Part shown: piece after piece, positions 28,529 through 37,007 of the stretch
Numbering within the stretch: position 1 is the stretch's first letter
How the letters are laid out: each line of letters begins with the position of its first letter
Source: Solirubrobacterales bacterium
Lineage (GTDB): Bacteria; Actinomycetota; Thermoleophilia; Solirubrobacterales; 70-9
Length of the DNA stretch: 64,000 bases
Direction: 5' to 3'
Assembly (NCBI GenBank): GCA_035502775.1
Contig: DATJUB010000043.1
Span: forward strand, 747 to 64,746
The notes under the pieces: model-generated
Database searches by the model: none
What the model saw: the letters and a program-made list of their open reading frames with translations, nothing else
What the model was told of the DNA's origin: nothing
Position numbers and translations under genes: made by a program

Positions 28529-29202
28529 GGCGCGTCCAGGTGCTGTCCCGGCCGGACCAGCCCGGTCTCGTAGGCGAACACGACCGCCTGGACGCGACTG
28601 CCCACGCTCAGCTTGCCGAGCAGCCGGGTCACGTAGGACTTCACGGTGGTTTCGCTCAGATAGAGCCGCTCGCCCATTTCGGCGTTGGAGAGGCCGCGGG
28701 TGAGGAGGATCAGAAGCTCGCGATCCCGGTCGTTCAGCTCGTCCAGCCGACGGCGGGTTTCGGGATCGGCCTCGGGGGTTCCCATGAAGTGCTCCACGAG
28801 CCGCCGGGTCACGGCCGCGTCGAGCAGCGAGTCACCGGCCGCGACCGAACGCACAGCCGAGGCCAGACGGTCCGGCGGGGTCGCCTTCAACATGAATCCG
28901 GCGGCTCCGGCCTGCATCGCGCGGAAGATGTACTCGTCGAGATCGAAGGTGGTCAGCATCAGGACCCGGGCCCGCGATCCGGCCGCCAGGAGCCGCCGCG
29001 TCGCGGCGATGCCGTCGAGCTTGGGCATGCGCACGTCCATGACCACCACATCGGGGTGGGTGCGAAGGGCGATGTCGACCGCGGCGGCCCCGTCGGCCGC
29101 TTCACCGACCACGGTGATGTCGTCGGCCGCCTCGAGCATCGCCCGCACGCCGCCGCGCACCATCGCCTGATCGTCGGCCACCACCACTTTGAGTTCGTTC
29201 AT
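28525..29202 (-). CDS. Response regulator, NarL/LuxR family
   Basis: The receiver domain has VVVADDQAMVRGG and DVVVMDVRMP. The LuxR HTH reads LSNAEMGERLYLSETTVKSYVTRLLGKL. The start is ATG 29202. A 4-nt overlap with the kinase start indicates an operon. Confidence 0.9.
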   Translation of the reverse strand: MNELKVVVADDQAMVRGGVRAMLEAADDITVVGEAADGAAAVDIALRTHPDVVVMDVRMPKLDGIAATRRLLAAGSRARVLMLTTFDLDEYIFRAMQAGAAGFMLKATPPDRLASAVRSVAAGDSLLDAAVTRRLVEHFMGTPEADPETRRRLDELNDRDRELLILLTRGLSNAEMGERLYLSETTVKSYVTRLLGKLSVGSRVQAVVFAYETGLVRPGQHLDAP

Positions 29203-29282
29203 CGGCGATATCGCATCATGCAGGCCGGTCAAATCCAATCACCGTTTGGTGATCCGGCCTCTGCGGATGCGCTCCTTAAATA

Positions 29283-29310
29283 CGAAAACCCCCTGTGGAG
29301 AGAGGGTTTC
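29283..29310 (-). terminator. Possible intrinsic terminator downstream of the TetR gene
   Basis: The minus strand reads GAAACCCTCTCTCCACAGGGGGTTTTCGTATTT: an imperfect GC stem (AAACCC/GGGTTT plus inner pairs) followed by a T-rich run. The stem-loop sequence resembles the terminator at 53005-53034. Confidence 0.3.
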
Positions 29311-29326
29311 CGCAGCAGCGAGAGTA

Positions 29327-30019
29327 TCAGGGTTCACCGGGCTTGCCCGGCACCTCGCTGCCGAGCCCGGTCCAGACGAGATCGAAGGCCCGTCCGGCCA
29401 CGGCCTCGATCTCCGATCCCGGCAGCTGCCCTTCGGCCACCGCGCCGATCACCCGGGTGGTCGAGAACATCACTCCGGCGCCGATCACGATCGCCGCCTC
29501 GAAGGCGTCGACGTCGGTCCGGATCTCGCCGCGGCGCTGCCCCTCCTCGAGCAGGCCGGTGACCAGCGCGATGATCGGCAACTCGCCCTCGTCCAGGATC
29601 GCGGCGAACCTGGCGGGATGCCGCACGGTCTCGTCGATCATCGCCGCGTGAACGCTCGGGGAGTATCTCGGCACCATCATCTGCGAGAAGAGTTCCCGAG
29701 CGACGTTCCACATGGTGCGATCGGGGTCGCCCAGTCCCGCTTCGTAGACCGGACGCAGATATGTGCGGAAATGACGCGCCGCGGCGAACAGCAGCACGTC
29801 TTCCTTGCGGGGGAAGTAGCGGAAGAAGGTTCCCCAGCTGGTGCCGGCCTCGGCCACGATGTTCTCGACCCGGGAGCCCTGGATCCCACGGGCCTCGAAC
29901 TCCTCCATCGCCGCGTCGAAGAGCCGGTCGCGGGCCTCCACACCCCGTTTCTGGGTGGGCTCGATCCCGAGGCTGAAGCCGTCTATTTCGGTTGTCTCCA
30001 CTGTGTTCTCCCTCGTCAC
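29327..30019 (-). CDS. TetR-family transcriptional regulator
   Basis: The TetR HTH reads RVENIVAEAGTSWGTFFRYFPRKEDVLL. It has a GTG start and is divergent from the sulfatase gene. Confidence 0.85.
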   Translation of the reverse strand: MTRENTVETTEIDGFSLGIEPTQKRGVEARDRLFDAAMEEFEARGIQGSRVENIVAEAGTSWGTFFRYFPRKEDVLLFAAARHFRTYLRPVYEAGLGDPDRTMWNVARELFSQMMVPRYSPSVHAAMIDETVRHPARFAAILDEGELPIIALVTGLLEEGQRRGEIRTDVDAFEAAIVIGAGVMFSTTRVIGAVAEGQLPGSEIEAVAGRAFDLVWTGLGSEVPGKPGEP

Positions 30020-30055
30020 CGGGTCATCGAATCACAGAACTTTTCCCTACGGCGG

Positions 30056-30093
30056 AACAAAATACTTGACGCGCGTCAGTTTTGTGTTACTTT
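30056..30093. promoter_or_regulatory. Palindromic operator overlapping a putative promoter in the TetR/sulfatase divergent region
   Basis: A perfect 12-bp palindrome TGACGCGCGTCA (30067-30078) is flanked by the imperfect arms AACAAAATACT / AGTTTTGTGTT. TTGACG (30066-30071), 16 nt, then TACTTT (30088-30093) resembles a -35/-10 pair for the + strand. Confidence 0.45.
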
Positions 30094-30145
30094 CGTCGCA
30101 AGGGGGTGGAGCTGGTCCGCCCGGAACTTGCGAACTGGAGGACAG

Positions 30146-32017
30146 ATGGTCACTCGGCGGGACATCTTCAAGAAGGCGGCCGCGGCCGCACCGGCCCTAG
30201 CGCTCGGCAGCGGCGCCCTGGCCCGCACGGCCGGCGCCACAGCCGCCTCCAGTCCCGCCGCCGGCAAGAACCTGATCATCTTCATCACCGACCAGGACCG
30301 CGCGATCCAGCACTTTCCGGAGGGCTGGTCGGAGGCGAACCTTCCCGGCATGACCCGCCTGCAGCAGAACGGAGTCACCTTCGACAACGCCTTCTGCAAC
30401 GCCTGCATGTGCTCGCCGTCACGGGCCTCGCTGTTCACCGGGTACTTCCCCGCCCAGCACGGGGTCAAGTACACGCTGGAAGAGGACATGGACGGACCGC
30501 AGTATCCCCAGGTCGAGTTGCCGACGAACCTGAAGAACCTGGCATCGGTGATGTCCGCCAGCGGCTACAACGTGGTCTACAAGGGCAAGTGGCACATGAG
30601 CAAGCCCGCCGGTGACGACTTCGTCTCCGACGATCTGCTGCCCTACGGCTTCACCAGATGGGATCCACCGGACGCCGGCGCCGACCAGTCGATCCCCCAG
30701 GAGGGCGGCGGGCTCTACGACAACGACGGCCGCTACATGGACAGCGAAGGCAGCGCCTCCGACGGCGACGAGGGCGTGCTCCAGTACCTCAACTCGGTCG
30801 CCTCGGACAGCCAGCCGTTCTGCCTGATCATCTCGCTGGTCAACCCGCACGACGTGCTGCTCTATCCCAAGAACTACATCGCGGGCGGCTACGACGATTC
30901 CTGGCTGGAGGGCGACATCGACCTGCCGGCCACGGTCGACGAGGACCTCTCGACCAAGCCCGCGGCCCAGGCGAACTTCCGCAAGATCTTCAACCTGACC
31001 GGCCCGCTCACGACCCGGCAGATGAAGCTCGACTACATCAACTTCTACGGCAACCTGATGAAGGAGGTGGACGGCTACCTGGTCGAGGTGATGGACACGC
31101 TCGATTCGCTCGGGCTGACCCAGGACACATTGGTGATCCGGACCGCCGACCACGGTGAGATGGGTCTCGCCCACGGGGGCCTCAGGCAGAAGAACTTCAA
31201 CGCCTACGACGAGACGATGCGCATCCCGATGGTCTTCTCCAACCCCGAGATCGTCGAACCCGGAACCACCTGCGACGCGATGGTCTCCCACGTCGACCTG
31301 CTGCCGACCATCGCCGGCCTGTTCGACGCGCCCCGTTCGGCCCGGGCCAGATGGGAGGGCAAGGACTACTCCAAGCTGGTCCTCGGCAAGACGAAGAAGC
31401 CGGTCCAGGACTACGTAGCGTTCACCTTCGACGACTTCCAGGCCGGCCAGGCGAGTCCGCCCTACGTCAAGGCGCCACAGCACGTGGTCGCGATCCGCGA
31501 GAAGAACTGGAAGATCGCCAAGTACTACGACGCGACCCGCCAGGTACCACCCCAATGGGAGATGTACGACCTGAGGCGCGATCCCCTGGAGGCGCGCAAC
31601 CTGGCCGCTCCCAACGCCAAACGGACCGGCCCCCAACAGAAACAGTACGAGCGGCTGCGCAAGAAGCTGCTGCGGGTCGAGAAGCAGCGGCTGCAGCCAC
31701 TGCCGCAGAACGCGTTCTCGGTCAGGTCCTGCACGATCGAGGGTCTCGGTGTCACCACCAAGACCCGGGTGCCCGGCCGCGGACGGCTCGTCCAGCGGGT
31801 CAGCACCGTCGTCGACGGCAGACGGATACCTCTCGGCGAACGCCGCAAGCTGGTGCTCGGCCGGTCGCGCCCGACCATCCGCCTGAAGCTCGACGCCCGG
31901 GCCAGACGGCTGGCTCGCAAGGGTGCGGTGGAGATCGAGGTGCTGACCACCTGGCTGCCGAATGGCGGTACGCCGGTGCGGGATGTCAAGCGCGCGAAGC
32001 TGAGGAGGCAGTCATGA
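30146..32017 (+). CDS. Tat-exported Cys-type sulfatase with Lys/Arg-rich C-terminal tail domain
   Basis: The start at ATG 30146 gives MVTRRDIFKKAAAAAPALALG, a twin-arginine signal. The sulfatase signature CSPSRASLFTG (C-x-P-x-R) is present. The last roughly 105 aa are RSRPTIRLKLDARARRLARKGAVEIEVLTTWLPNGGTPVRDVKRAKLRRQS. Confidence 0.85.
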   Translation: MVTRRDIFKKAAAAAPALALGSGALARTAGATAASSPAAGKNLIIFITDQDRAIQHFPEGWSEANLPGMTRLQQNGVTFDNAFCNACMCSPSRASLFTGYFPAQHGVKYTLEEDMDGPQYPQVELPTNLKNLASVMSASGYNVVYKGKWHMSKPAGDDFVSDDLLPYGFTRWDPPDAGADQSIPQEGGGLYDNDGRYMDSEGSASDGDEGVLQYLNSVASDSQPFCLIISLVNPHDVLLYPKNYIAGGYDDSWLEGDIDLPATVDEDLSTKPAAQANFRKIFNLTGPLTTRQMKLDYINFYGNLMKEVDGYLVEVMDTLDSLGLTQDTLVIRTADHGEMGLAHGGLRQKNFNAYDETMRIPMVFSNPEIVEPGTTCDAMVSHVDLLPTIAGLFDAPRSARARWEGKDYSKLVLGKTKKPVQDYVAFTFDDFQAGQASPPYVKAPQHVVAIREKNWKIAKYYDATRQVPPQWEMYDLRRDPLEARNLAAPNAKRTGPQQKQYERLRKKLLRVEKQRLQPLPQNAFSVRSCTIEGLGVTTKTRVPGRGRLVQRVSTVVDGRRIPLGERRKLVLGRSRPTIRLKLDARARRLARKGAVEIEVLTTWLPNGGTPVRDVKRAKLRRQS

Positions 32018-33420
32018 GCCGAACCCATGGAAGGAGTGCGCTCGTGCTGGCGGCGACGGTGACGCTGGCCGCTCTGCTGGTTCCGGCGAGCGCGAACGCC
32101 GCGCTGTCCCGGGGTTCCCTCACCCAGCTGCCGGGAGCGAAGGGATGCCTGGTCGACAGCGCCCAGCGCAGCGGCAGGTGCGGCGTGGCCCGGGCCCTGA
32201 AGGAACCGGGGCCGTTCATGGGCTCGCGGGCGATCCAGATCAGCCCCGACGGCAGGAACGTCTACGTCGCGTCCTCGAAATCGAACGCGATCGCGATCTT
32301 CAAGCGCGACCAGCGCCACGGAACGCTGAAGCAGGCCCCCGGATCCAAGGGCTGCGCCGCCGCGAGGCGTTCCTTCGGCTGCGCCCGCGCGATCGGTCTC
32401 GACGGGCCGAACTCGATCGCGATCAGCCCGGACGGCGGGAACGTGTACGCGACGGCCCGCGACAGCTCCTCGGTCGTGACCTTCCGGCGCAACCGGGGCA
32501 ATGGGGCGCTCACCCAGCTTCCGGCGGCGGCCGGCTGCGTCGCCGGCGTTCCGATCCCGGCCTGCGGCACCGGCCGGGCGATGGCCGGGGCAGATGTGGT
32601 CACGGTCAGCCCGGACGGAAGGAACGTCTACGTCGGCGCGTTCTTCGGCAACGCGGTCGCCACCTTCGACCGTGACCCCGCGACCGGTGAGCTCACCCAG
32701 CCCGCGGACGAGACCGGATGCCTGACCGCCGCACCGGAGGCGAACTGCGCGACGGGCCTGGCCCTGAACTCGGTCGAAGGCATGGCGGTGAGCGGCGACG
32801 GTGCCAACGTCTACGTGGCGAGCGCCACCTCGAACGCGGTGCTCAACCTGGTGCGGGACAGCACGACCGGCGCGCTGAGCCAGGCGGCCGACGGCAGCGG
32901 CTGCTTCGTCGACGCGGCCCTGGAGGGCTGCATGACCGGCCGCGAGATCAGCGGCGCCAACGCGGTCGCCGTGAGCCCCCGGGGAGGCGACGTGTACGTG
33001 ACCTCGCTGATCAGCGGCAGCGTCACCCAGTTCAGCTCCTCGGGCAGTCCCGGACTGCTCTCCCAGCCCACGATCAAGTCGGGCTGTGTGGCCTGGCTCG
33101 GCGCTTCCGGATGCACCCCGGGACGCTCGCTGCGGGCTCCGGAGGGAATCGCCGTCTCACCCGACGGCACCAACGTGTATGCCGCCGCCTACTCCTCGGG
33201 TGGCATCGCCGTACTCGAGCGCGGACCGAAGACCGGCGGGGTCGTCCAGAAGTTCGGAACCGGCGGCTGTGTGACGACCCAGTCGATCGCCAACTGCGCC
33301 ACCGGGCGCGCGATGGACGGGCTCAGTTCGATCGCGATCAGCCGCGACGGCCGGTTCGTCTACTCGACGGCCGCCAAGAGCAATGCGGTGAACGTGTTCC
33401 GCCGGGCGACCCGGGGCTAG
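32014..33420 (+). CDS. Secreted beta-propeller repeat protein (YVTN/lactonase-like blades, Cys-rich)
   Basis: The ATG at 32014 overlaps the sulfatase stop (ATGA). The signal peptide is MSRTHGRSALVLAATVTLAALLVPASANA. Seven blade-like units of about 55-60 aa have the form SPDG(R/G/T)NVY(V/A)(A/T)S..SN(A/S)(I/V)..F.R....G.L.Q.....GC... Confidence 0.75.
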   Translation: MSRTHGRSALVLAATVTLAALLVPASANAALSRGSLTQLPGAKGCLVDSAQRSGRCGVARALKEPGPFMGSRAIQISPDGRNVYVASSKSNAIAIFKRDQRHGTLKQAPGSKGCAAARRSFGCARAIGLDGPNSIAISPDGGNVYATARDSSSVVTFRRNRGNGALTQLPAAAGCVAGVPIPACGTGRAMAGADVVTVSPDGRNVYVGAFFGNAVATFDRDPATGELTQPADETGCLTAAPEANCATGLALNSVEGMAVSGDGANVYVASATSNAVLNLVRDSTTGALSQAADGSGCFVDAALEGCMTGREISGANAVAVSPRGGDVYVTSLISGSVTQFSSSGSPGLLSQPTIKSGCVAWLGASGCTPGRSLRAPEGIAVSPDGTNVYAAAYSSGGIAVLERGPKTGGVVQKFGTGGCVTTQSIANCATGRAMDGLSSIAISRDGRFVYSTAAKSNAVNVFRRATRG

Positions 33421-33444
33421 CCGCTTCTCCTCCCGGACCGGGTG

Positions 33445-33469
33445 GTCGGACAGTTCCCAGCTGTCCGAC
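33445..33469 (+). terminator. Hairpin downstream of the propeller gene (putative terminator)
   Basis: GTCGGACAG (33445-33453) pairs with CTGTCCGAC (33461-33469) across a 7-nt loop. A T-rich stretch (CATTTTCTTCT) follows about 12 nt later. Confidence 0.4.
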
Positions 33470-33495
33470 TATCCGGCCCCCATTTTCTTCTATAG

Positions 33496-33511
33496 TTAAG
33501 TAATTACTTAA
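33496..33511. promoter_or_regulatory. Perfect 16-bp AT-rich palindrome, putative ArsR-family operator
   Basis: TTAAGTAATTACTTAA is its own reverse complement. It lies 21 nt upstream of the ArsR-like start (33532) in an otherwise GC-rich genome. Confidence 0.5.
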
Positions 33512-33531
33512 GTGTTTGCTACGCTTCGGGC

Positions 33532-33870
33532 ATGCCTGCCGAAGCCGAACTCCTCGACCGGACCTTCCACGCGCTCTCGGACTCGAACCGCCGCGCGATC
33601 GTCGTCCGGCTGAGCCGGGGTCCGGCCTCGGTCAGCCAGCTCGCCGAACCGCTCCTGATCTCGCTTCCGGCGGTCTCCCAGCACCTGGACGTGCTCCAGA
33701 AGAGCGGCATCGTCCGCTCGGAGAAGACCGGCCGCGTCCGCACCTGCCGGCTCGAACCGGCCCCGATGAAGACGGTCGAACAATGGATCGCCTTCAACCG
33801 CGAGACCTGGGAGGGCCACCTGGACCGGATCGGCGAAGTACTCGACCAGACGTATGGAGGCACCGAATGA
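33532..33870 (+). CDS. ArsR/SmtB-family transcriptional regulator
   Basis: The winged HTH reads LSDSNRRAIVVRLSRGPASVSQLAEPLLISLPAVSQHLDVLQKSGIV. Confidence 0.85.
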   Translation: MPAEAELLDRTFHALSDSNRRAIVVRLSRGPASVSQLAEPLLISLPAVSQHLDVLQKSGIVRSEKTGRVRTCRLEPAPMKTVEQWIAFNRETWEGHLDRIGEVLDQTYGGTE

Positions 33871-34325
33871 GCGTCACCCACGACCAGTTCACCCTCGAAC
33901 GCCGCTACGGCCACTCGTCCGAGCGAGCCTTCAGCGCCTTCGCCGACCCTGAGCTGAAGAAGCAGTGGTTCGCCAATCCGGGGAACTGGCCCAATGCCCA
34001 TTGGGAGCTCGACTTCCGGGTGGGTGGCAGCGAGGTCAGCAGCGGGGGATCGCCCGGTGGCCGCTTCAACGAGTTCAGGAGCCGTTACCACGACATCATC
34101 GAGAACGAGCGGATCGTCTACAGCTACGACCTCTTCCACGACCATCGCCTGATCTCGGTTTCGCTGACCACGATCGAGTTCTTCGCCGACGGTGACGGCG
34201 CCCGGGTCGCCTTCACCGAGCAGGGCGCCTTCTTCGACGACCCCACCGCCCCGGCCCAGCGCGAACACGGGACGGGCGTGCTGCTCGACATGTACGGCCG
34301 CTTCCTCGACGGGGAGACCCGGTGA
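33867..34325 (+). CDS. SRPBCC-superfamily protein (AHSA1/START-like)
   Basis: The ATG at 33867 overlaps the ArsR stop (ATGA). The sequence FTLERRYGHSSERAFSAFADPELKKQWF... is typical of the Aha1-like SRPBCC partner of ArsR regulators. Confidence 0.7.
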   Translation: MSVTHDQFTLERRYGHSSERAFSAFADPELKKQWFANPGNWPNAHWELDFRVGGSEVSSGGSPGGRFNEFRSRYHDIIENERIVYSYDLFHDHRLISVSLTTIEFFADGDGARVAFTEQGAFFDDPTAPAQREHGTGVLLDMYGRFLDGETR

Positions 34326-34990
34326 CCCTCACCCTTCATGAGCACCCATTCGCCTCCTACTGCTGGAAGGTCCTGATCGCCTTCTACGAACGGGAGGTGC
34401 CGTTCGAGCCGCACCTCGTGATCGACATGGACGATCGCGAGGCCCTGGCCGAACTCTGGCCGCTGGGCAAGATCCCCTTCCTCACCGACGACAGGACGGG
34501 GCTTGCCCTGCCGGAGTCGTCGATCGTGATCGAGTTTGCCGACCGGATCGGCGAGGCGCCGCCACTGATTCCGGCTGATCCGGACGCGGCCCTTCAGGCC
34601 CGTCTATGGGATCGGGTCTTCGACACCGCCGTGATGAACCCGATGCAGGACATCGTCGGTGACAGCCTCAGGCCCGACGGCCACGACGATCCGCACGGAG
34701 TCGGCGAATGGCGCGCCGCCCTCGAGCGGGCCTACGAATTGCTGAACGATCACCTCGAATCAGGCGGATGGGCCGCCGGACCCGATTTCACGATCGCCGA
34801 TTGTGCGGCCGCTCCCTCGCTCTTCTATGCCCGGGTCGTCCACCGCTGGGACGAATCACGTCTGACCGGCCTCACCGAGTACTTCGAGCGGCTGACCGCG
34901 AGACCGTCGGTTTCGCGCGTGATCGAAGAGGCCCGTGAGTACCGGACCCTCTTCCCCCTGCCCTGGCCCGAGTACGCGAACCGGCCCTAG
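34322..34990 (+). CDS. Glutathione S-transferase family protein
   Basis: A GTG start overlaps the previous stop. It has an N-terminal thioredoxin-like fold (LHEHPFASYCWKVLIAFYEREVPFE) and a C-terminal GST helical domain. Confidence 0.65.
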   Translation: MTLTLHEHPFASYCWKVLIAFYEREVPFEPHLVIDMDDREALAELWPLGKIPFLTDDRTGLALPESSIVIEFADRIGEAPPLIPADPDAALQARLWDRVFDTAVMNPMQDIVGDSLRPDGHDDPHGVGEWRAALERAYELLNDHLESGGWAAGPDFTIADCAAAPSLFYARVVHRWDESRLTGLTEYFERLTARPSVSRVIEEAREYRTLFPLPWPEYANRP

Positions 34991-35592
34991 GCAGGGCGGT
35001 GCGCACGATCGATCACCCGGTCGATCAGCTCGATGATCGTGGCTTCGTATCCAGTCCGGCCGGCGCCGCCGTCGATCGCGATCGCGGCCCGGTCGAAGAC
35101 CGCCGAGAGCAGATCGCCCAGGGCGTCCATCTCGAACCGGCCCCGGCTGTCCGCGGGCACAGCCGCGGCGAGACCCTGGCGGAGCTCTCCGGCGGCGTGG
35201 GCTTCATCCATCTCCCGGACCCGGCCCGCCCCGAGGACGGACGGTCCCTCGATCAGCATCAGCCTGGTCCGCCCGGGCACGGCCATCGCGTCGAGGTAGG
35301 CGCCGCAGCCGGCGATCAGATCGGCGCGCGGATCTCCGGACGGCGGGCTTGAGTCGGCGATCGCCTCGCCGACCTTCTTCGCCTCGTCCTCGACCACCGC
35401 GAGGAACAGCTCGCGCTTGTCGGCGAAGTGGTGGTAGAGCGCGCCGCGGGTGACTCCGGCGGTCCTCACCACCTCCGGAGTCGAGGTCTCGGCGTAGCCG
35501 TGTTCGACGAAGAGACGCCGGCCGGCGTCGATCAGCGCGGCTCGGGTGGCCGCGGTGCGATCACGATTGGTCTTGGGAGCTTCTCTTGACAT
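34987..35592 (-). CDS. TetR-family transcriptional regulator
   Basis: The HTH reads STPEVVRTAGVTRGALYHHFADKRELF. The start is ATG 35592 (MSREAPKTN...). Confidence 0.85.
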   Translation of the reverse strand: MSREAPKTNRDRTAATRAALIDAGRRLFVEHGYAETSTPEVVRTAGVTRGALYHHFADKRELFLAVVEDEAKKVGEAIADSSPPSGDPRADLIAGCGAYLDAMAVPGRTRLMLIEGPSVLGAGRVREMDEAHAAGELRQGLAAAVPADSRGRFEMDALGDLLSAVFDRAAIAIDGGAGRTGYEATIIELIDRVIDRAHRPA

Positions 35593-35634
35593 ACATACAC
35601 CCTGCATGTAGATTCATACGTGCTGTATGTATGT
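35589..35634. promoter_or_regulatory. Inverted repeat (11-nt perfect arms), putative TetR operator
   Basis: ACATACATACA (35589-35599) and TGTATGTATGT (35624-35634) are separated by 24 nt. The repeat spans the divergent TetR/VOC intergenic region and overlaps the TetR start codon. Confidence 0.5.
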
Positions 35635-35653
35635 TACTACGAAAGGACCCGAA

Positions 35654-36082
35654 ATGAAGACCACATCCTTCTATCCGGTGATCATGACCGGCGATGTCGC
35701 CGCCAGCTCGGCCTTCTACTCCGAGCATTTCGGCCTCACCCCGCTCTTCACCGCCGATTGGTATGTCCACCTCCAATCCGAAGAGGATCCGAGGATCAAC
35801 CTCGCCATCGTCGACGGCGACCACCCCACCATCCCCGAACCGGCGCGCGGCCGGGCCGGCGGACTGCTGCTCAACTTCGAGGTCGAGGACGTCGACGCGG
35901 CTCACGACCGCCTCGCCGCGGCCGGCCTGCCGATCGTGCTCCCGCTGCGGGACGAGGACTTCGGCCAGCGCCATTTCATCACCGCCGATCCCGACGGCGT
36001 GCTGATCGACGTGATCACACCGATCGCCCCCGACGACGAGTACGCGCAGATGTATGACGAGAAGAGCCTGCCCACGGGTTAG
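35654..36082 (+). CDS. VOC/glyoxalase family protein
   Basis: The protein reads [27 protein letters not shown]...[14 protein letters not shown] prefer ATG 35654 (AAAGGA 7 nt upstream) over ATG 35627, which lies inside the operator arm. Confidence 0.7.
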   Translation: MKTTSFYPVIMTGDVAASSAFYSEHFGLTPLFTADWYVHLQSEEDPRINLAIVDGDHPTIPEPARGRAGGLLLNFEVEDVDAAHDRLAAAGLPIVLPLRDEDFGQRHFITADPDGVLIDVITPIAPDDEYAQMYDEKSLPTG

Positions 36083-36092
36083 GATCGAAAGC

Positions 36093-37007
36093 GTGAGCGT
36101 TCCTCCTTCGGGCGAGCAGTTCGAGATCTCCTCCGGCGAGCACCGGGCGACGATCGTCGAGGTCGGAGGGGGCATCAGGCGGTACGAGGTCGGGGGCCGT
36201 CCGGTCCTCGATCCCTTCCCGCTCGAGGAGATGTGTGACGGCGCCCACGGGGCCCCGCTCATTCCCTGGCCGAACCGCCTGGCCGACGGGCGCTACTCCT
36301 TCGACGGCGAAGAGTTCCAGGTCAGCCTGACCGAGCCCGAGAAGAACAACGCGATCCACGGCTTCTTCCTCTGGCGGCCCTGGATCAGGACCGAGCACGA
36401 GGCCGACCGCCTGGTCATGTCGGCCCGCCTGCATCCGCTCGCCGGCTATCCGTTCCAGCTCGACCTGAACATCGCCTACGAGCTGAGCGGATCGGGCCTG
36501 AAGGTCACCACTACCGCCGTCAACACCGGCAGCCGGGCCTGCCCCTACGGCCACGGGCAGCATCCATACCTCTCCCCCGGCGGCGGGCTGATCGACGACT
36601 GCAGCCTGCGGATCCCGGGCCGGACCCGGATCACCACCGACCCGGTCCGCCAGCTGCCTACCGGCCCCGAGCCGGTCGCCGGGACCGAGTTCGATTTCGT
36701 CGAGCCGGCCGCCCTCGGTCCGACCGCGATCGATTTCGCCTTCACCGACCTGGAACGCGACGCGGACGGCCTCGCCTGGACCCGGCTGGGCGCCCCCGAC
36801 GGAACCTCGGCCGAGATCTGGGTGGACCGGAGCTTCCCCTTCGTCGAGATCTACACCGGAGACACGCTCACCCCGGAGCGAGCCCGCCGGGGGCTCGGCA
36901 CCGAGCCGATGACCTGCGCCCCGGACGGCTTCAACAGCGGCGACGGGCTGCTGCGGCTCGAACCGGGCGACTCGGCCACCACCACCTGGGGAGCGCTGCT
37001 CAGATGA
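36093..37007 (+). CDS. Aldose 1-epimerase (galactose mutarotase-like) family protein
   Basis: The layout is VEVGGGIRRYEVGGRPVLD...GAPLIPWPNRLADGRYSFDGEEF...NAIHGF, typical of the family. I take the start at GTG 36093. Confidence 0.65.
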   Translation: MSVPPSGEQFEISSGEHRATIVEVGGGIRRYEVGGRPVLDPFPLEEMCDGAHGAPLIPWPNRLADGRYSFDGEEFQVSLTEPEKNNAIHGFFLWRPWIRTEHEADRLVMSARLHPLAGYPFQLDLNIAYELSGSGLKVTTTAVNTGSRACPYGHGQHPYLSPGGGLIDDCSLRIPGRTRITTDPVRQLPTGPEPVAGTEFDFVEPAALGPTAIDFAFTDLERDADGLAWTRLGAPDGTSAEIWVDRSFPFVEIYTGDTLTPERARRGLGTEPMTCAPDGFNSGDGLLRLEPGDSATTTWGALLR

